Positions 40,550-53,627 of a stretch of 64,000 nt of DNA are shown one piece after another. Numbering within the stretch: position 1 is the first letter of the stretch; each line of letters begins with the position of its first letter. The position numbers were made by a program, and so were the translations under genes. Below the pieces are notes generated by a model. The model searched no databases, was not told where the DNA came from, and was given only the letters and a program-made list of their open reading frames with translations. The stretch lies in the NCBI GenBank assembly GCA_964036045.1, contig OZ038378.1, positions 50,344,001 to 50,408,000 on the forward strand, given 5' to 3'. This stretch comes from Eutreptiella sp. 'Long Island Sound 2002'. Its lineage: Eukaryota; Protista; Euglenida.

Positions 40550-42780
40550 AATCTAACCTGTGCATGTGCAAAAGAGCGGGACTATGCACCCCATGGCACC
40601 CCAACACGCACCGCATTCCACAGGCAACCGTGGTATTTGTGCATCATGCATCTTTATGTATTTCTCTTGCGCCATGGGAACCGCCTCTCTCAGGTATGAA
40701 GGTGCTGCATGTTGGTTGGAAACCGTCTTCTTGTACGGGCCACGTGATTTTGTACAGTGAGGGGCATTTCCTAGTCTTGTGCCCTGTTGCTCGCATCCCA
40801 ACTGTTTGCCGCACGCCAATCATCAATGGTGTCGTTGTCCACGACCATTTGAAACCCTAGCCTAGGCGCAGGCCCTCGCTATTTGCACAACATGCGCTTT
40901 AGCATCCCCGTCCATGGAAACGCGGGAGAACTTTGACAAGATTCCCCATACACTTCACTGTGCACTTCTTTGGGAAAAAATAAACACCATTGATTCAAAG
41001 ATGCGTCCACAGAAGTTTGCCCTCATGGAGCTCATTATGCGCAATGCCCATGGCCAGACTACGTGCGCGGAGCCGCCGCAAGTTGGCACCAGGGAACGGT
41101 CAGCCAAGTGAAAAACATACCTTATCAAAAATATCCCTCTATGCCTTGCACACTGGCCTCCAATTTTTCCCTGCTGCCTAATGGTGCAATACATTTGGCT
41201 GTTGTAGGCAACATAGATAAACGAATATCTCACGTGGAGGGCCACTGCATGTGTTGCCCAAACCATCTTGGCGGCCAATTTTCAAGGAGGCACAGGTTGC
41301 TTCAAAAACTTGCACCCATTGAGCAATGAGAAGGTGAAAAAGAAAGGCAAGATCTGGATGGAGTTTGCTACCGCCCGTTGTGTCACTCCGCGTCCTGTCG
41401 GAAAGCAAACCCTATTTTGGTTGTTTCAAAATACTACTTTTCACTTGCAACGACCTATTTTTTGGGTATTTTGAATTGCGCAACCGCCTTATGCAACCGG
41501 TACCCCTTTTTGCAACCGCTTTATGCAACCCCTTCTGCAACCCCGAGGTGTTTTCGTGCAACCCCCTAAGCAACCCCAGTGCAACTTGCAACCCGTGAGC
41601 GACAATCACTGAATGAGGCAATGTTCGCACAAGCCAACCCATGGTGTGCCAGACACGGTGGTTTTGAGCCTACTTTTGTTTTTTTGTATATTGCCATACT
41701 ATAATGTCCACGCCTATGGGTGGCTGTCGAAACATGACCGGGTGTTATCCCGTGTCCTATGGTTTATGCACCATTTTTGTCGCGTTTTGTTAAACAAAGG
41801 AAGGGCGTGCCCAATGACGCACATGTTGTGGCTAAGCCATGGCTACCAAAGCAGGAGTCCGCGGAAAGTGCAACACCAGGTGGAATTTTTGTGGTCCACT
41901 AGCTTACTACTTTGGCCGGTGTTAGTTGGGGCTTACAACACCAGGCTTTGAGCACTACAAGAATATGTTGATCACGTAACTCCGGCATGAGTCGGCTAAA
42001 ACATAAAGCTTTAGCCAGGTCTGGTGGGGCTTTCGCGGAACAAACTGGCGAAGGCGACCAGGTTTTTTGCCTTTATGGGGGGCAATTGTTTCGTCCTCCG
42101 CGTAGCAAGCGCCGGAGTGCCAGGTGTGTTGACATTGGCGCTTGCACATGTGCAAAAGGTTGCAGATGTCTACCCTAAGCAACGTCCACAATAGGCAAAA
42201 AGTGCCAAAAAAACTATGCAACCGCCTTATGACACCGTGTTTTTTCAGCCGCAACCAAGAAAGCGACGTGTGCAACCGCCTTATGACACCGCTTTTTTCC
42301 GTGTGCAACCGCCGACATAGTTGTGCAATGTGTAATACTCGGCGCTTGCGACAAGGCCCCATTTCGGTCCTAGATGTCATCCACACGTCCACATTGTTGG
42401 TGAACTGCGGGTGTGTACCCTTCGTGAACGGGGGGTAAGTGGCCGCTTGAATGGGGGACGAACATTCGCGCGAATTTAGCCGAAGTTTGAGGTTTTGGGA
42501 GGAAAACACCATATTGTTGGTTGCTTCTTAGGAATTTGAGGGGGTAAAATTCATGCCCCAAATTCATTACACATCATCCAGTGAAAGTCCCGCCCCAAAC
42601 GCATCCACCATGCCCAAACGGCGCCCAAAATGAAAGGAGCCAAAAGCCGGCAAGCCTGTAGCCGACCCATAGGCATGAATTCGTACAAATCCATCCAAAT
42701 TTCACCCTTGTCCACCATCTCAGATGCTCCAACACCCGGAGTACCCCCCAATGCACCGCTGCATGCACGCTGGCCACAGG
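40550..42780 (-). pseudogene. Degenerate piggyBac-type transposase
   Basis: AEDETIAPHKGKKPGRLRQFVPRKPHQTWLKLYVLADS, then LSADSCFGS...FLCLTKRD and VAYNSQMY, follow the piggyBac motif order. Confidence 0.8.
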
Positions 42781-43428
42781 CAACATGAGCACATGTGTGT
42801 GGGTGTGGCTTGGTGTGGGGTGTGTGGGTTTGTGTGGGTTTGTGTATGGGTGTGTGGTTGGGGTTGCATGTGGGTGGATGTATGACTTTTTGTTTGTTTC
42901 TAGGTGCGGGCGTGCGGCTGTGTGCTGCTGTGTGTGAGGATGTGGGGGCCACCCGACCAGATACGCACACAAACGCGTACAAAACCTCTTACCAACACCC
43001 ACACACGCACACGCAAAACCAGGCACCCAATTAGTCATGGACACACACCCACACACAAACACACACCCACGCGGACAAACCAATCCACACACCAACACAC
43101 ACACACACACACAAACACAATGATCCCGCCCCACATACCTAACCACGACACATCCACTACAAGTGTGTGTGGGTATGTGCGGCTGGGCGGTGTGTGGGTG
43201 TGGGTGGGGTGGCAGCGCGGTTTGATTTCGTTGATGGTACGTGGGTGTGTGTGTGTGGGGGGGGGGTGACTATTTGTTTGGTTTTGGGTGTGGGTGCGCG
43301 CCGGTGTGGGGGGGGGGGGAGATGTGAGCAGCACCAAACCACATATACGCACAAGCCACACACACACACACACACACCCTTCCCGCACCTCACACCAACA
43401 CGCGCGCACACACAAACACACACTATAC

Positions 43429-43563
43429 AATATTTGTGCCTATGCCACGGATATCTGCGTTGTATCCCGTGGCATATACCACGGATATCGACCGTCCGGT
43501 CGATATCCGTGGTATATGCCACGGGATACAACGCAGATATCCGTGGCATTGGGCACAAATATT
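43429..43563. other. Near-perfect 135-bp palindrome (about 65-bp arms, GTCC loop)
   Basis: Arm 43429-43493 is the reverse complement of 43498-43563 apart from one local difference (CATAGGC vs CATTGGGC). Confidence 0.93.
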
Positions 43564-44479
43564 ATATCCGTGGCATTCAGGCCCGAGGATATCCGCAGAT
43601 ATCCATGGTATATGACCCGAGGAAATGGGTCACAGCATGGGTCACATGTGACAAGGTGTTGGGTACCACATGCACTCTTCTTGGTGGCATGGTCACAATG
43701 GTAGCATTGCATTTGCTTTTTCACTTGCACTTCCTTTCTCACTTTTTTGGCGGTTGCTCTTCAGACACAACCTTGCCCAAGGGTGATGGAATGGCTAACA
43801 AATCTTAGCTCATTGTCAATGTCCAGGAAGCTTTGCAGGTGTTGCCGAGGCTACCCATGAATGAGAACGGCACATCTCACACTTATATACAATGCCCTCC
43901 TGCTCATTAAGCTCATATGTAGACGCCTCCGGGGTTGTGTTGAAAAAGAAGAAGAGGGCGCTAGCAAGCACGCAAGGTGAACGCCGTCATCAGCACAATT
44001 CGAAAAGGTTGTGTACAGAGGAAAACATTGCACTGTGCGCTCCAGGTACGGTCATCAGGAAGCCTTTACGTTCAGACCAAAGGGCACCTGGCTGTTCTTG
44101 GTACACATGCCCCGGCCCTTTCTGTCTCTCACCTGCTATACACATAGGCCGGGCACACAGCTCCCATACTCCATGCATACAGGTCTTCCCACCCACACGG
44201 TTCCTTCTCACTCGATTGTGTCAATGGGAAGGTGGCATACTTCTCCCCGTAGTGAGATCAATGATCATCTTTGCAGAGGACGGAGAGGGTGTTTTTGTCT
44301 GGAAAAATAGGCTCATTGCGAAAAGCATTTTGCGAACGCACATCATTGAGTTTTGAGGGAGTTGACCCGGGATATCCGCAGATGTCCGTCGTATATAACC
44401 CAGGTTATCACCGTTGTGATATCCCGGGTCATGTACCACGGATACCTGCGGATATCCACGGGCCTATGCCACGGATATA
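43563..44479. mobile_element. Non-autonomous TA-flanked element with TIRs of about 60 bp beginning TATATCCGTGGCAT
   Basis: 43563-43620 is inverted relative to 44422-44479, and both ends read TATATCC. Confidence 0.75.
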
Positions 44480-45312
44480 ACCACACACCCAAATACACAT
44501 GGACACACCGACCCACACACACACACACATCCGCACGAAAGGATCCACACACACAGGCAGACACACACAGACACACACATAGAGCTCCCCCCCTAAACAT
44601 TTAACCGTGACACATCCACTGTCCGGGTACATATGAGGGTGTGCGGGCGGGCGGTGTGTGGGTGTGGTTCGAGTGGGGGGATGTTTGCTTTCATTTGGGG
44701 TATGTGTGTGTTCGTGTATGGGTGTGTATGTGCATCTGTGTGTGTCTGTGTGTCTATGTGTGTGGGCGCCGGGGGGGCAGGTATGGGGAAATGTGTGTGG
44801 GTGTGGGGAATTCGGTGCATGCATAGGTGGTGTTGGTGTGGCTTTGCAAAAATGGTACGAAATTAGTATGAAGCTTGCAGGAAATTCCTACGAAATTCGT
44901 GCGAATTTTGTACGAATTTCGTTCAAAATTCGTCCCCAAAATGCCTCAAACGTAGGTACTATAAATGCGGTTGTTACGAATTTCATCCGAAATTCGTACG
45001 AATTCCGCATACTGTTCGAACAATTTGCAAGAACTCATATCATTTTTGTGCAGAGCAAACACACTCAGCCAATAGCACACAACACAGCAACACAACAACA
45101 ACACACAAGAACAACACGGTCGGGTCATGAGCAACAATCACCAATGAGGAGCGGCAGACAGACGAAGGACAACAAGCAGCAAGCAAAAAAAATATACCAA
45201 CACAGCCGAAAAGCAAGCATCACACACAGATCAATTAGCAGCAACACATTAGTCGGCAAACATCCAGCCATGGCAACCACTATACAAGAAACGCTATCGG
45301 GTAGCGTTTCAC

Positions 45313-46661
45313 TATATCCACTATCGAAGTCTCACAATTTCTTTGCAAAGAAATGCTATCGCCCACCCTCCATGGCGAAACCCGCATTCCCACGACAATG
45401 ACATCAAGAGGGGTAAAGAAGTCACGTTGAGTTGCGAAACGTCACCGTTTGTTGTGGCACCCCGTACATTCGGAGGCGGAATGGCTACCACATGGCTACT
45501 ACCTCTTAGCCATAAATAGGGAAGAACTACGGCGTGATGGTGCAGCTTTCACAAATCCATGACCCATGACGAGGCACTCGAGTCAACTTGGCACACCGAA
45601 GGTGGTAGGTTGCACGGCATGCATCACATGACACCCGTTGAAGAGCAACATTGTCACGTTTCCTGGGGATCGGCTCATCACACATATAGCATACACTCGG
45701 TTCCACCTTGGGTCTACATGGGGCCTTTTTAGGCTTCTTTGCTGCTGTGAAGGGGTTAGGCATGTCTTCAAACACCTGATTGTGTGCTACACCCTCCTCA
45801 CTAGGTGGGGCGGCAAAAGCTGCATCACGATATTCATTGATACCTTCTGCAAGTGAGGCAAACAAATCACCCTTCTGAGACAATTGAGTCGGAGGAAACT
45901 CTTCATACTTTGCTTCATCTCCGAAGGAAAGCTACGAGGAAACCACATAAGCATTCAACACATCGCAAGAATGCGAGTTCAACAAATCATCATCAGAGAT
46001 GGTACAAATACTTACTTGACGATTGTCCATCTCTTGGGGAGATTCAAGTTTCACTTTCATTGGTGAAGGGTTCTGTGGTGGTTTTGGGCAAGGTTCGTCT
46101 TTTATCTCTGGTTTGGGGCACGGTTCGGCTTCGCTTTGCTCCTCCTCTTTTGCCACATTGTGTTTGCTCAAGAGCATTGCTGCTTTGGATTGCACCTGTT
46201 TGCCTTTTTGGTGATATACATTTAGTGTCCTTGGCTGCACACCAACATGCTTTGCGGCATCATGCCTTCTCTTGCCGTTCTCTTGGTATTCTTGGGTTTT
46301 CCGGTTTGATCCTCATGATTCGGGTCATCCTAAAACATATCGCTATTGATTGGTTCTTTGTTACCTTCTGTCTTATCTTTGCATTCTTGAAGTACACGAG
46401 TGAATTGTTCTACACGGGGTGGCGTGGGCAGTTGTGCCTCGGAAACCTTGGAATCTTTCTTGGACATTGTTGTGCTATTCTAGTAAACACAGAGGGGGAA
46501 AAATGCACACTAAAATTTCTTTGCGAAGAAATGCTATCGCCAAACATTTCTTTGCGAAGAAATGATACCCCTTAGTGTTTCTTTGCAAAGAAATGCTATC
46601 TCCAGGAGGGTCGGCGATAGCATTTCTTTGCAAAGAAATTGTCAGACCGATAGTGGATATA
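45313..46661 (-). mobile_element. TA-flanked element with TIRs of about 65 bp (TATATCCACTATCG...TTTCTTTGCAAAGAAATGCTATCGCC) carrying a PHD-finger ORF
   Basis: Inverted terminal match at 45313-45375 and 46595-46661. Internal subterminal copies of TTTGC(G/A)AAGAAATG. Confidence 0.8.
45527..46240 (-). pseudogene. PHD-finger protein remnant, one in-frame stop at 45932
   Basis: CYMC...VSCDACRATYHLRC...WICESC is a C4HC3 pattern. ORFs 45932-46240 and 45527-45883 share a frame. Confidence 0.8.
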
Positions 46662-49600
46662 AAGCACAACCAACCAAGACACCACCAACCAAACAAAATT
46701 TTTGGCCTTTACTGTTTGGTTTTGTGGTTTATTTGTAAGCAATTGTGTGACGGTGTTGGACTGTGACGTTCTCTTTTCTATTGTGTGTGATTTAAGTTTG
46801 TTTGTTGCGTGGTCTTGGCTTTCTTTCGATGCATTTTTGATTGTGTGTTTTGTGTGTTTGGTACTGTTGTTTTTTTCTGTTTTCATGTTTGTTTTGTGTC
46901 TCGTGCTATGTTGCGTCGGATTGGTTGGACAAGGGGCAACTATTAGCATACACAGGGAGCCAAACTCGACAACAGCACAGCCGACATAGCTCTGCAACAC
47001 AACATGACAAGCGACATCCACATTACGCAAATGACACTAAAGCACTCGCCAGCCAGTACAACAAAAAAAGGGAAGTGTGGCAAAAGACACAAAATAGAGA
47101 CACAACATGGCTGACGAAACGAATGCAGTGAGCAACCAGTTGGAGTACTACAACATTGACTTGTCCAGCACCACCAATGAAGCACAAAAAGCACACAAGT
47201 GCAAGACAAACAACAATGAATCAAACCACGAATACAAATCCCAAGCATTGATAATCAGTGGCAAGGATGAAGGGTCAGGTGCCACAAATCGAGCACAAAG
47301 ACCAAGGCTCAGCGAGATCATCTAAACAACCAAAACAATGAGACACAAACACCACAAAAGTAGTGCGACACATGATTCACCAAAAGGCATCCACCCATCC
47401 AACCATCCACACCCACACACACCCAGACCCCCACAACCCAAGAACCACCAATGCATGCACACATCACCCACCCACGCACACACCATCCACCCAAGCCGAC
47501 ACAAACAACAACCGCTATGACCACGCACGCACACACCAACAAAAATGATACAAATTCGTGCAAACCGTTCGCACTTTGTGCAAAATTCGTACAAAGTTCG
47601 TACGAAATCCATGCGAAATTCGTAACAACCACATTCACAGTACCTATGTTTGAGGCACCTTGGGGACGAATTTCGTACGAAATTCGTACGAAGTGTGCAC
47701 AAATGTCGTATGAATTTCGTGCACACTTCGTACGAATTTCGTACCATTGTTGCAGCACACTGGCAGAAAAGCCACACAAACAGCACCTATGCACGCGCTG
47801 AAGTCCCCACACCCACTCACATTTCCCCATTCCCGCCCCCCCCCCCAAGCACACACACACACACACACCCATACACAAACACACACATACCCTCAATGAA
47901 AGCAAACAGCCCCCCCCCTCGACCCACACCCACACACCGCCCGCGCACACACCCTAATACGAAAGAGAGAAAGTCATACACAGGCATACATATACCCTCA
48001 ATGACATCGAGAAGCCCCCACTCCAGACACATCCACGATATGTTGCAGCACGAAACAACTACACGCAACATACCTCAAACTCGATGCACCCAATGGCACG
48101 AAGCCATGAACACGAATGTTGCTACCCGCTGGCGTGTGAACACCCAAGTCAGGATCCCTGTTGGTGGGTGAACAAATCCAACTCTTCTACCCGGCTGCAC
48201 GTGAGAATCTTGGAAGAGCCGACATCGAAGAATCAAGTAGTAGAAAAAACCTGTGAAGAGAAAAGGAGTACGCTCCCTAACCTTGACCGCACTGCAACAA
48301 GCAAGCCACCCTCATAACCCCAAACCCCGACACTCAGGGGGTGTAAGTGGAGGTCTGCTTGCCCCCCCCCCCCCTCCCAACCCTGGAAGGGTTGATTACG
48401 CTCCTACGGTTTGGCCCTATGGATCCCCCCACCCCACCCTCGTGCATCTACTAGCACCTATAATGTATGCTCTTCCTAACAAATGGGTGAGCAATGGAAC
48501 AATGGTTTGACCCCAATGGACCCCCCCCACCACTGCATCCACTATCACCTATAGGCTATGCCCTTTCCAACAACTTTGTGAGCAATGCAATAAAGCATAA
48601 GAAATGTAATGTGTAATGTTTCGATTTGTTATTTGTGTTCTAGTGTAGAACAGATGTAGGCCAGCATGATTCCTATTCTAGTCTACGTTCTAGCTAGATG
48701 TAGTAGGCTAGAATGCGCTCGCGATGTGGTTCTAGGCTAGAACGAAATCGTGTGTGCTGACGTGTATCTAGGGATCTACAAAACAAATTGTTCCATATCC
48801 AATGTATGCAACCAATAACGGTGACAAGACAAAATGGGGCCAATTCGTACGAATTCGCATCAAATCTTCAATCTTGAATTTGTGTCTCTTGTGTGAATCT
48901 ATGTGTGAATTTAGGTGCATTTGCACCAGGTTCGACCCAACAACACCAAATATGTGGAAACAGGTGGCTACTTAAAACGTTAAACTTCGACAAATTTACT
49001 GTAGCACCATTTTGGCGAAGATAGCACGAGAAACGCACAAGATGCCACCAAGTTACGCGCAACACACAGCCAAACATTGCCAAAATCGCACCTCTGCGAA
49101 ACTCCCATTCAAACGGCCGCTTCCGCAAAGGTACATGCGAAATGACAAAGCACAACACAAAGACAAGCTGCTCACAAATGCATTTGAAGCTACAGAGTAG
49201 CGATCACACGTCACCGATCTAGTCCGTGGTCAAAAAGGGCTTGCAGTGCAGCACAGTACCCACCCCACGGACCCTACCGTGAGCTCCCCCTTCCGTTTCT
49301 CTACTTGCAGTCCCGTTTACGTCTGGGATGACAACATTTCAGTGTTGTAAACTTCACCTTGGGGCCTCTAGAGGCTCAACGACGAAGGCCAAAGGCACCC
49401 ACATCAGAGTCCAAGTGTATCATACCACCAGCAGATGCTGCTCTATGCACATGTAAACCTGCAACGTAGTATGTAAGGGCACAGAGAACAGTGGAAAAAG
49501 CCGTGAAAAAATAGACAAAGCCCATCAGGAAGAGGGTGCACATATATGTGAAAATGTGGACCTTCAAAGCAACACGGGACGCCTGAAGTGAATGAATCAC

Positions 49601-50057
49601 ATCTGTAACAAAGCCTCGCCGTACAGAGCATGCATATATGCAGCATGCTTTCACATAGCACTGATGCATAAAATTGGCTGGCATTTAGCACCAAGCATCA
49701 TGTGAGACCATGGACTTTCCACAATGGGATGCGCTGTTCTAGGGCGTGCTGCGGAACCCCCCCAATTTTGGGGGTTGTTAATATGGTTGGGACCCGGACT
49801 TTCGCATGCTACATGGGTGCACTATGATGCAACAATGTGCCTTGCATGTCTGATTTGCTCAATAATTGCCCGTTTTGCATTTTTTGCGATTTGGTCTTTG
49901 TGTGCTCTAACTCGCGATCACCTAGTTATCGCGTGAGTTATCGCGCTAGTTTTCGCACGATAACTAGCTATCGCGCGAGTTATCGCGTAGGTTATTGCGC
50001 TTCCTTTTCTCTTGTCCCATGTTTCCCCTCTTCGCTTTGGCTCTCAAATACTTTGTA

Positions 50058-50741
50058 ATGGCCCTTGCTGCTGCCCACGCTTGGTGCGAGCACCATCAGA
50101 AACTCCTTGGGATCCGTCACCTTGGCGGACCCGAGGGGCTCACGATGGGTGACACCACTGTGAGGCGCCCTGTGGCGAGTCATTTCGAAAAGGGTGTGGA
50201 CTTTGGACTCATCGTCCATAAGTCCCCCTTCATGACCGACGAGAGGGACCCCCTGCTTCTCAGCAACTACATCTTCGAGTTGCTAGAGGTAAATCCGGGG
50301 GTTGCTGGATTTTTGATCCAGCTTCATCCGGAGGATGTGGACGCCGTGGTGGAGTCCGTCACCGCCCATGCCGAGAAGTGTGCGGGGACGAAGACGACCC
50401 TCTATGCGGGTCAGGAGGAAGAGGAGGAAGTGGAGGAGGAAGTGGAGGAGGTGGAGGAAAAGGGGGGTGGGAGGGGGAAGGACAAGCCCCACCACCCCCT
50501 CATGATTGATGTCCAGAAGGTAAGGATCCGACCTGGTAAGGGGAAGGGGAAGTCCGATGGTTGGTTCCCCCAACCCCTCACCCACAACACCCGGCGGGTC
50601 TGCACTGACGACCCCGAAACCAAGCTCACCATGCACTCCCTTTGCCCCACAAGGGAGTGGGAGCGTGAGTGGTATGGGATCACCACTCCCAACATTGTTT
50701 CGTGGCAGGGGGTGATTCTTTTTTGTTTTTGGAGCAACACC
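50058..50741 (+). pseudogene. B1 dioxygenase gene, part 1 (N-terminal domain), cut by element A
   Basis: LLEVNPGVAGFLIQLHPEDVDAVVESVTAHA aligns with YLEDTPAVPILQVWLHADDVDDVIQACTRRA in the element-A gene. The frame continues exactly at 57474. Confidence 0.75.
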
Positions 50742-50824
50742 TCGGGTGCGTCGCTAGAAGGTGTGCGCAAGAACCCCCCCCTTCTAGCGCCCTTTTTGCA
50801 TGATTACCCAAGCCACACCACCTT

Positions 50825-51144
50825 GGCTCCGATCGGGTTGGAAGTCAACCCCATGGGTCCACTAGACAGTGGCCCATTGTGGAGCGGTGCTCCAAAAGTA
50901 TCGCAACTCTTATGTGTTCAGCAGTATACCTGTGGAACACAGGCATAAGCCTTTCAAACTTGCTTTCAAAAACAGCATGCGTGGGTGGTGCCTTCACCGT
51001 CCACGCATTTCACGACGTGGTCTCACCCATGTATTGAACATGGAGACCCTTGACGTGGGGTTACGACACCGAGCGGCCCGGCAAAGGTTTGCCTTTGGCA
51101 AGGCCACAAAGGACCGAAGAAAAAGGCACTGCATGTACACTTGA
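50825..51144 (+). pseudogene. Element-A transposase C-terminus, flipped by a local inversion (about 50825-51457)
   Basis: GWKSTPWVH*TVAHCGAVLQKYRNSYVFSSIPVEHRHKPFK contains the third catalytic E candidate. The uninverted version is on the minus strand at 60663-60990. Confidence 0.75.
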
Positions 51145-51457
51145 GAAACCGAATTTGAACCGCGTGGATGCATTTGGTGCCCTTCCTGCAAAAATCCTCG
51201 GCGCAGAAACCCCCCCGCAGAAAGGGCGCAGAAATGGGGTTCTAGCGCACAAAGGGTGTGCAGAAAGGGTGCAGAAAGGGGGTTCTAGCGTAGAACGGGG
51301 GGTGCACAAAGGGCGCACAAAGGGTGCAGAAAGGGTGCAGAAAGGGCGCTAGAACCTCCCTCCCAGCAAAAGGGGGGGGGTGTAGAAAATCCGGCAAAAA
51401 GGATAGAAGTGAAAATCAGCCACCAAAAGGGGCGTAAACATGTGGTGAATGGCCCCC

Positions 51458-52803
51458 ACCTGAATGCCTCACCGATTTTACGGCAGTGAGTCTTGGCCTC
51501 TTGCACGTGACCATTGGTCAATGGTGTCTTTTGCCACCACAAGGCATATAGGCTACGCATATAGCGCAGCAACAGTTCAATAAGTGTCCACAAGAGGACA
51601 CCGCCAAACATGGTGTTAGGAAAATGGTTCCTGAGGCCATGTACAATTCGAACATGGTACTTGGGGTCTGTCAGGAACAACATAGAGGTGCTGATATCAA
51701 ATTGCCCTGCCTTAGTGGTCTTTTGGAAAAGCCTGTCTGCAGAAGCCACATGCTTTACATCTGCTCAAAGGGTATACCATATAGACAAACTCACTAGAAA
51801 TTCGCCGCACTCCAACAACACCCGGTGTTAACGTGGTAATAGTTTTTGTTAGGCGCTTCTTGAAAGCATTGGTTACCCTACAACCTGCGTGAGCATAGTC
51901 TCCAATGCGAATACAAACACTTCGAAGAAATGCCCCCCATTCAATTTTGTTTACTGTGCCCTCTATCGGCGCCAAGCCGGTGGCATCGGGGCAGCCCCAC
52001 CAACACTTGCCCCCCCCCCCCCCCTTCGTCACCATCATTAGTTTCCCATCCCTGGTCAGTTTACATTGAAACTTTTTGGTTTCGTTTTTGACTCGGAATG
52101 TACAACTTTCTTGTAGGATGATAATTTGGGCATTGAGGCCCGCATCCTCATCTAAAGCCTGCAACCTTGCGGCGTCATCGGGCCCATCCATGCAAACCCA
52201 CATCACCCATTTGTGGATGTCCCCTGTAGAAGAAAACCCCGAGGCCCAGCAGTTTACAAAAACATCGATCTTAGTGACCGATGTGTACCACAATGACGTT
52301 GCATCGGGGCATATTAAAATCCAAATCTTCTCAGTTTCCACTTCAAGCTCCCCTAGGGTCTCGGCTGTCTTCAACTGCGTAAAAACGAGGTCTTCTAGTG
52401 TTGCTGTCGCTGCGCATCGCCGCTCGATCATGTTGGGGCCATAGATAGCGTAGGTTGTGGTGGAGTACGGTGTTAACCTTGTGCGCGCTTCCGCATGATC
52501 GCGGCAAGTGCATTCACGCGGGAGGGCCAACATCTGCCGTATTGATAACTTCAATCTCCTACCGGTGGCCCATAGTTTGATTGCGCACACGACACAAGGG
52601 TCCTCGTCGTCGTCGTCGTGCCCGGCGAAACAAATGTACAAGCCCCAACCACCCTCAACGACAACTGCCTCCGGATCCACTAAAAGTTCCCGCATGATGG
52701 TCTGTATGTGGTGCCGCCGCTCTGCTCGGGCCTCCCCCTTGATGGCCCTATATGGCTTGAGCTGTGGAATGCTACCCACAAGTGCGGCAACTGCCTTCTC
52801 CAT
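51458..52803 (-). pseudogene. Element-A RAG1/Transib-like DDE transposase (N-terminal and core)
   Basis: ICPDATSLW (D1), LTRDGK (D2), CWWGC, and GDYAH (D-x2-H). A frameshift near 51750 leads into ORF 51285-51749. Confidence 0.75.
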
Positions 52804-53429
52804 GGTTTCTGTGACAAACGGGAAAGGTGTGACCGCTGGAACTCCTGCTGGAACCCCTTGCTAGAACCCCTTTCTGCGCTGGCACTGCTGGAACCCATGC
52901 TGGAACCCCTTCCGGCGCTGGAACCCCCTTCTAGCGGACCCTTCCAGCGAACCCTTCCAGCGCTGGAACCCCTTCTAGCACCCCTTCCAGCACCCCCTTC
53001 CAGCACTGCCCCCCCCCCCCTTGTTTTGCCTTACCCTCTCACTGAGCCCAAGGTACAAACATAGGCACAGTGCAACGTCATGGTCAACACTTTGCAATGT
53101 CGTACAGTGTATTCATGTGTTGCACCCCATGGTACCACCGCCTTCAGTCCAGAATCAAACAGGCTACAATAGTATACCAAAACTTTGAAGGAATGCATGC
53201 ATATAGGGCGTAAATCTTGGTGACGTCCCCAAGGGGTAGGCTATGTGAAGCCTCCCATTCGTGACACCACCTTAGGCACTTCCTGCACATCGCAACTGAT
53301 GTCCGACGCGAGGTAGCACGCAACCCAGGGGCTAAAACCAAAAAAGGTTTCCGTTCAAGGTGGCGCATTGCCGTCGGCACCATCGCAGCGCACCACGTAC
53401 CTGCACATGCACATGCACGTGTTATCTCA

Positions 53430-53625
53430 TGTCCCAACAGGTCTGCTCTGCAGGTCCCAAAAGGTCTGCTCTCTAGGTCCCAACAGGTCTGCTCTCCAAG
53501 TCCCAACAGGTGTGCTCTCCAGGTCCCTACAGGGCTCCTCTCCAGGTCCCAACCGGTCTCATCACCAGGTCCCAACAGGTGCCGACAGGTCTCGTCTCTA
53601 GGTCCCAAAAGGTCTCGTCTCCAGT
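53430..53625. repeat. Tandem repeat of about 22 bp (CAGGTCCCAACAGGTCTGCTCT), about 8 copies, just 3' of the element-A accessory gene
   Basis: Directly visible. Confidence 0.85.
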
Positions 53626-53627
53626 GC

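Larger units (their letters stand above)
44601..47960. mobile_element. Element with inverted GT/CA-rich arms of about 400 bp and CGTACGAAATT arrays, possibly piggyBac-derived
   Basis: 44620-45040 is inverted relative to 47530-47955. The left end starts TTAACC (44601). The same CGTACGAAATT-type repeat flanks the piggyBac ORF at about 40480. No right-hand TTAA end was found. Confidence 0.55.

Noticed and set aside
42795-43430. Val/Cys/Gly-rich and His/Thr-rich ORFs here and at 44429-44940 and 47318-48171
   Set aside because: They are translations of GT/CA-rich low-complexity arms of mobile elements.
48590-48790. CTAG-rich segment starting TGTAAT as a possible solo LTR
   Set aside because: Only weak resemblance to the 578-955 LTR, with no matching end or target duplication found.
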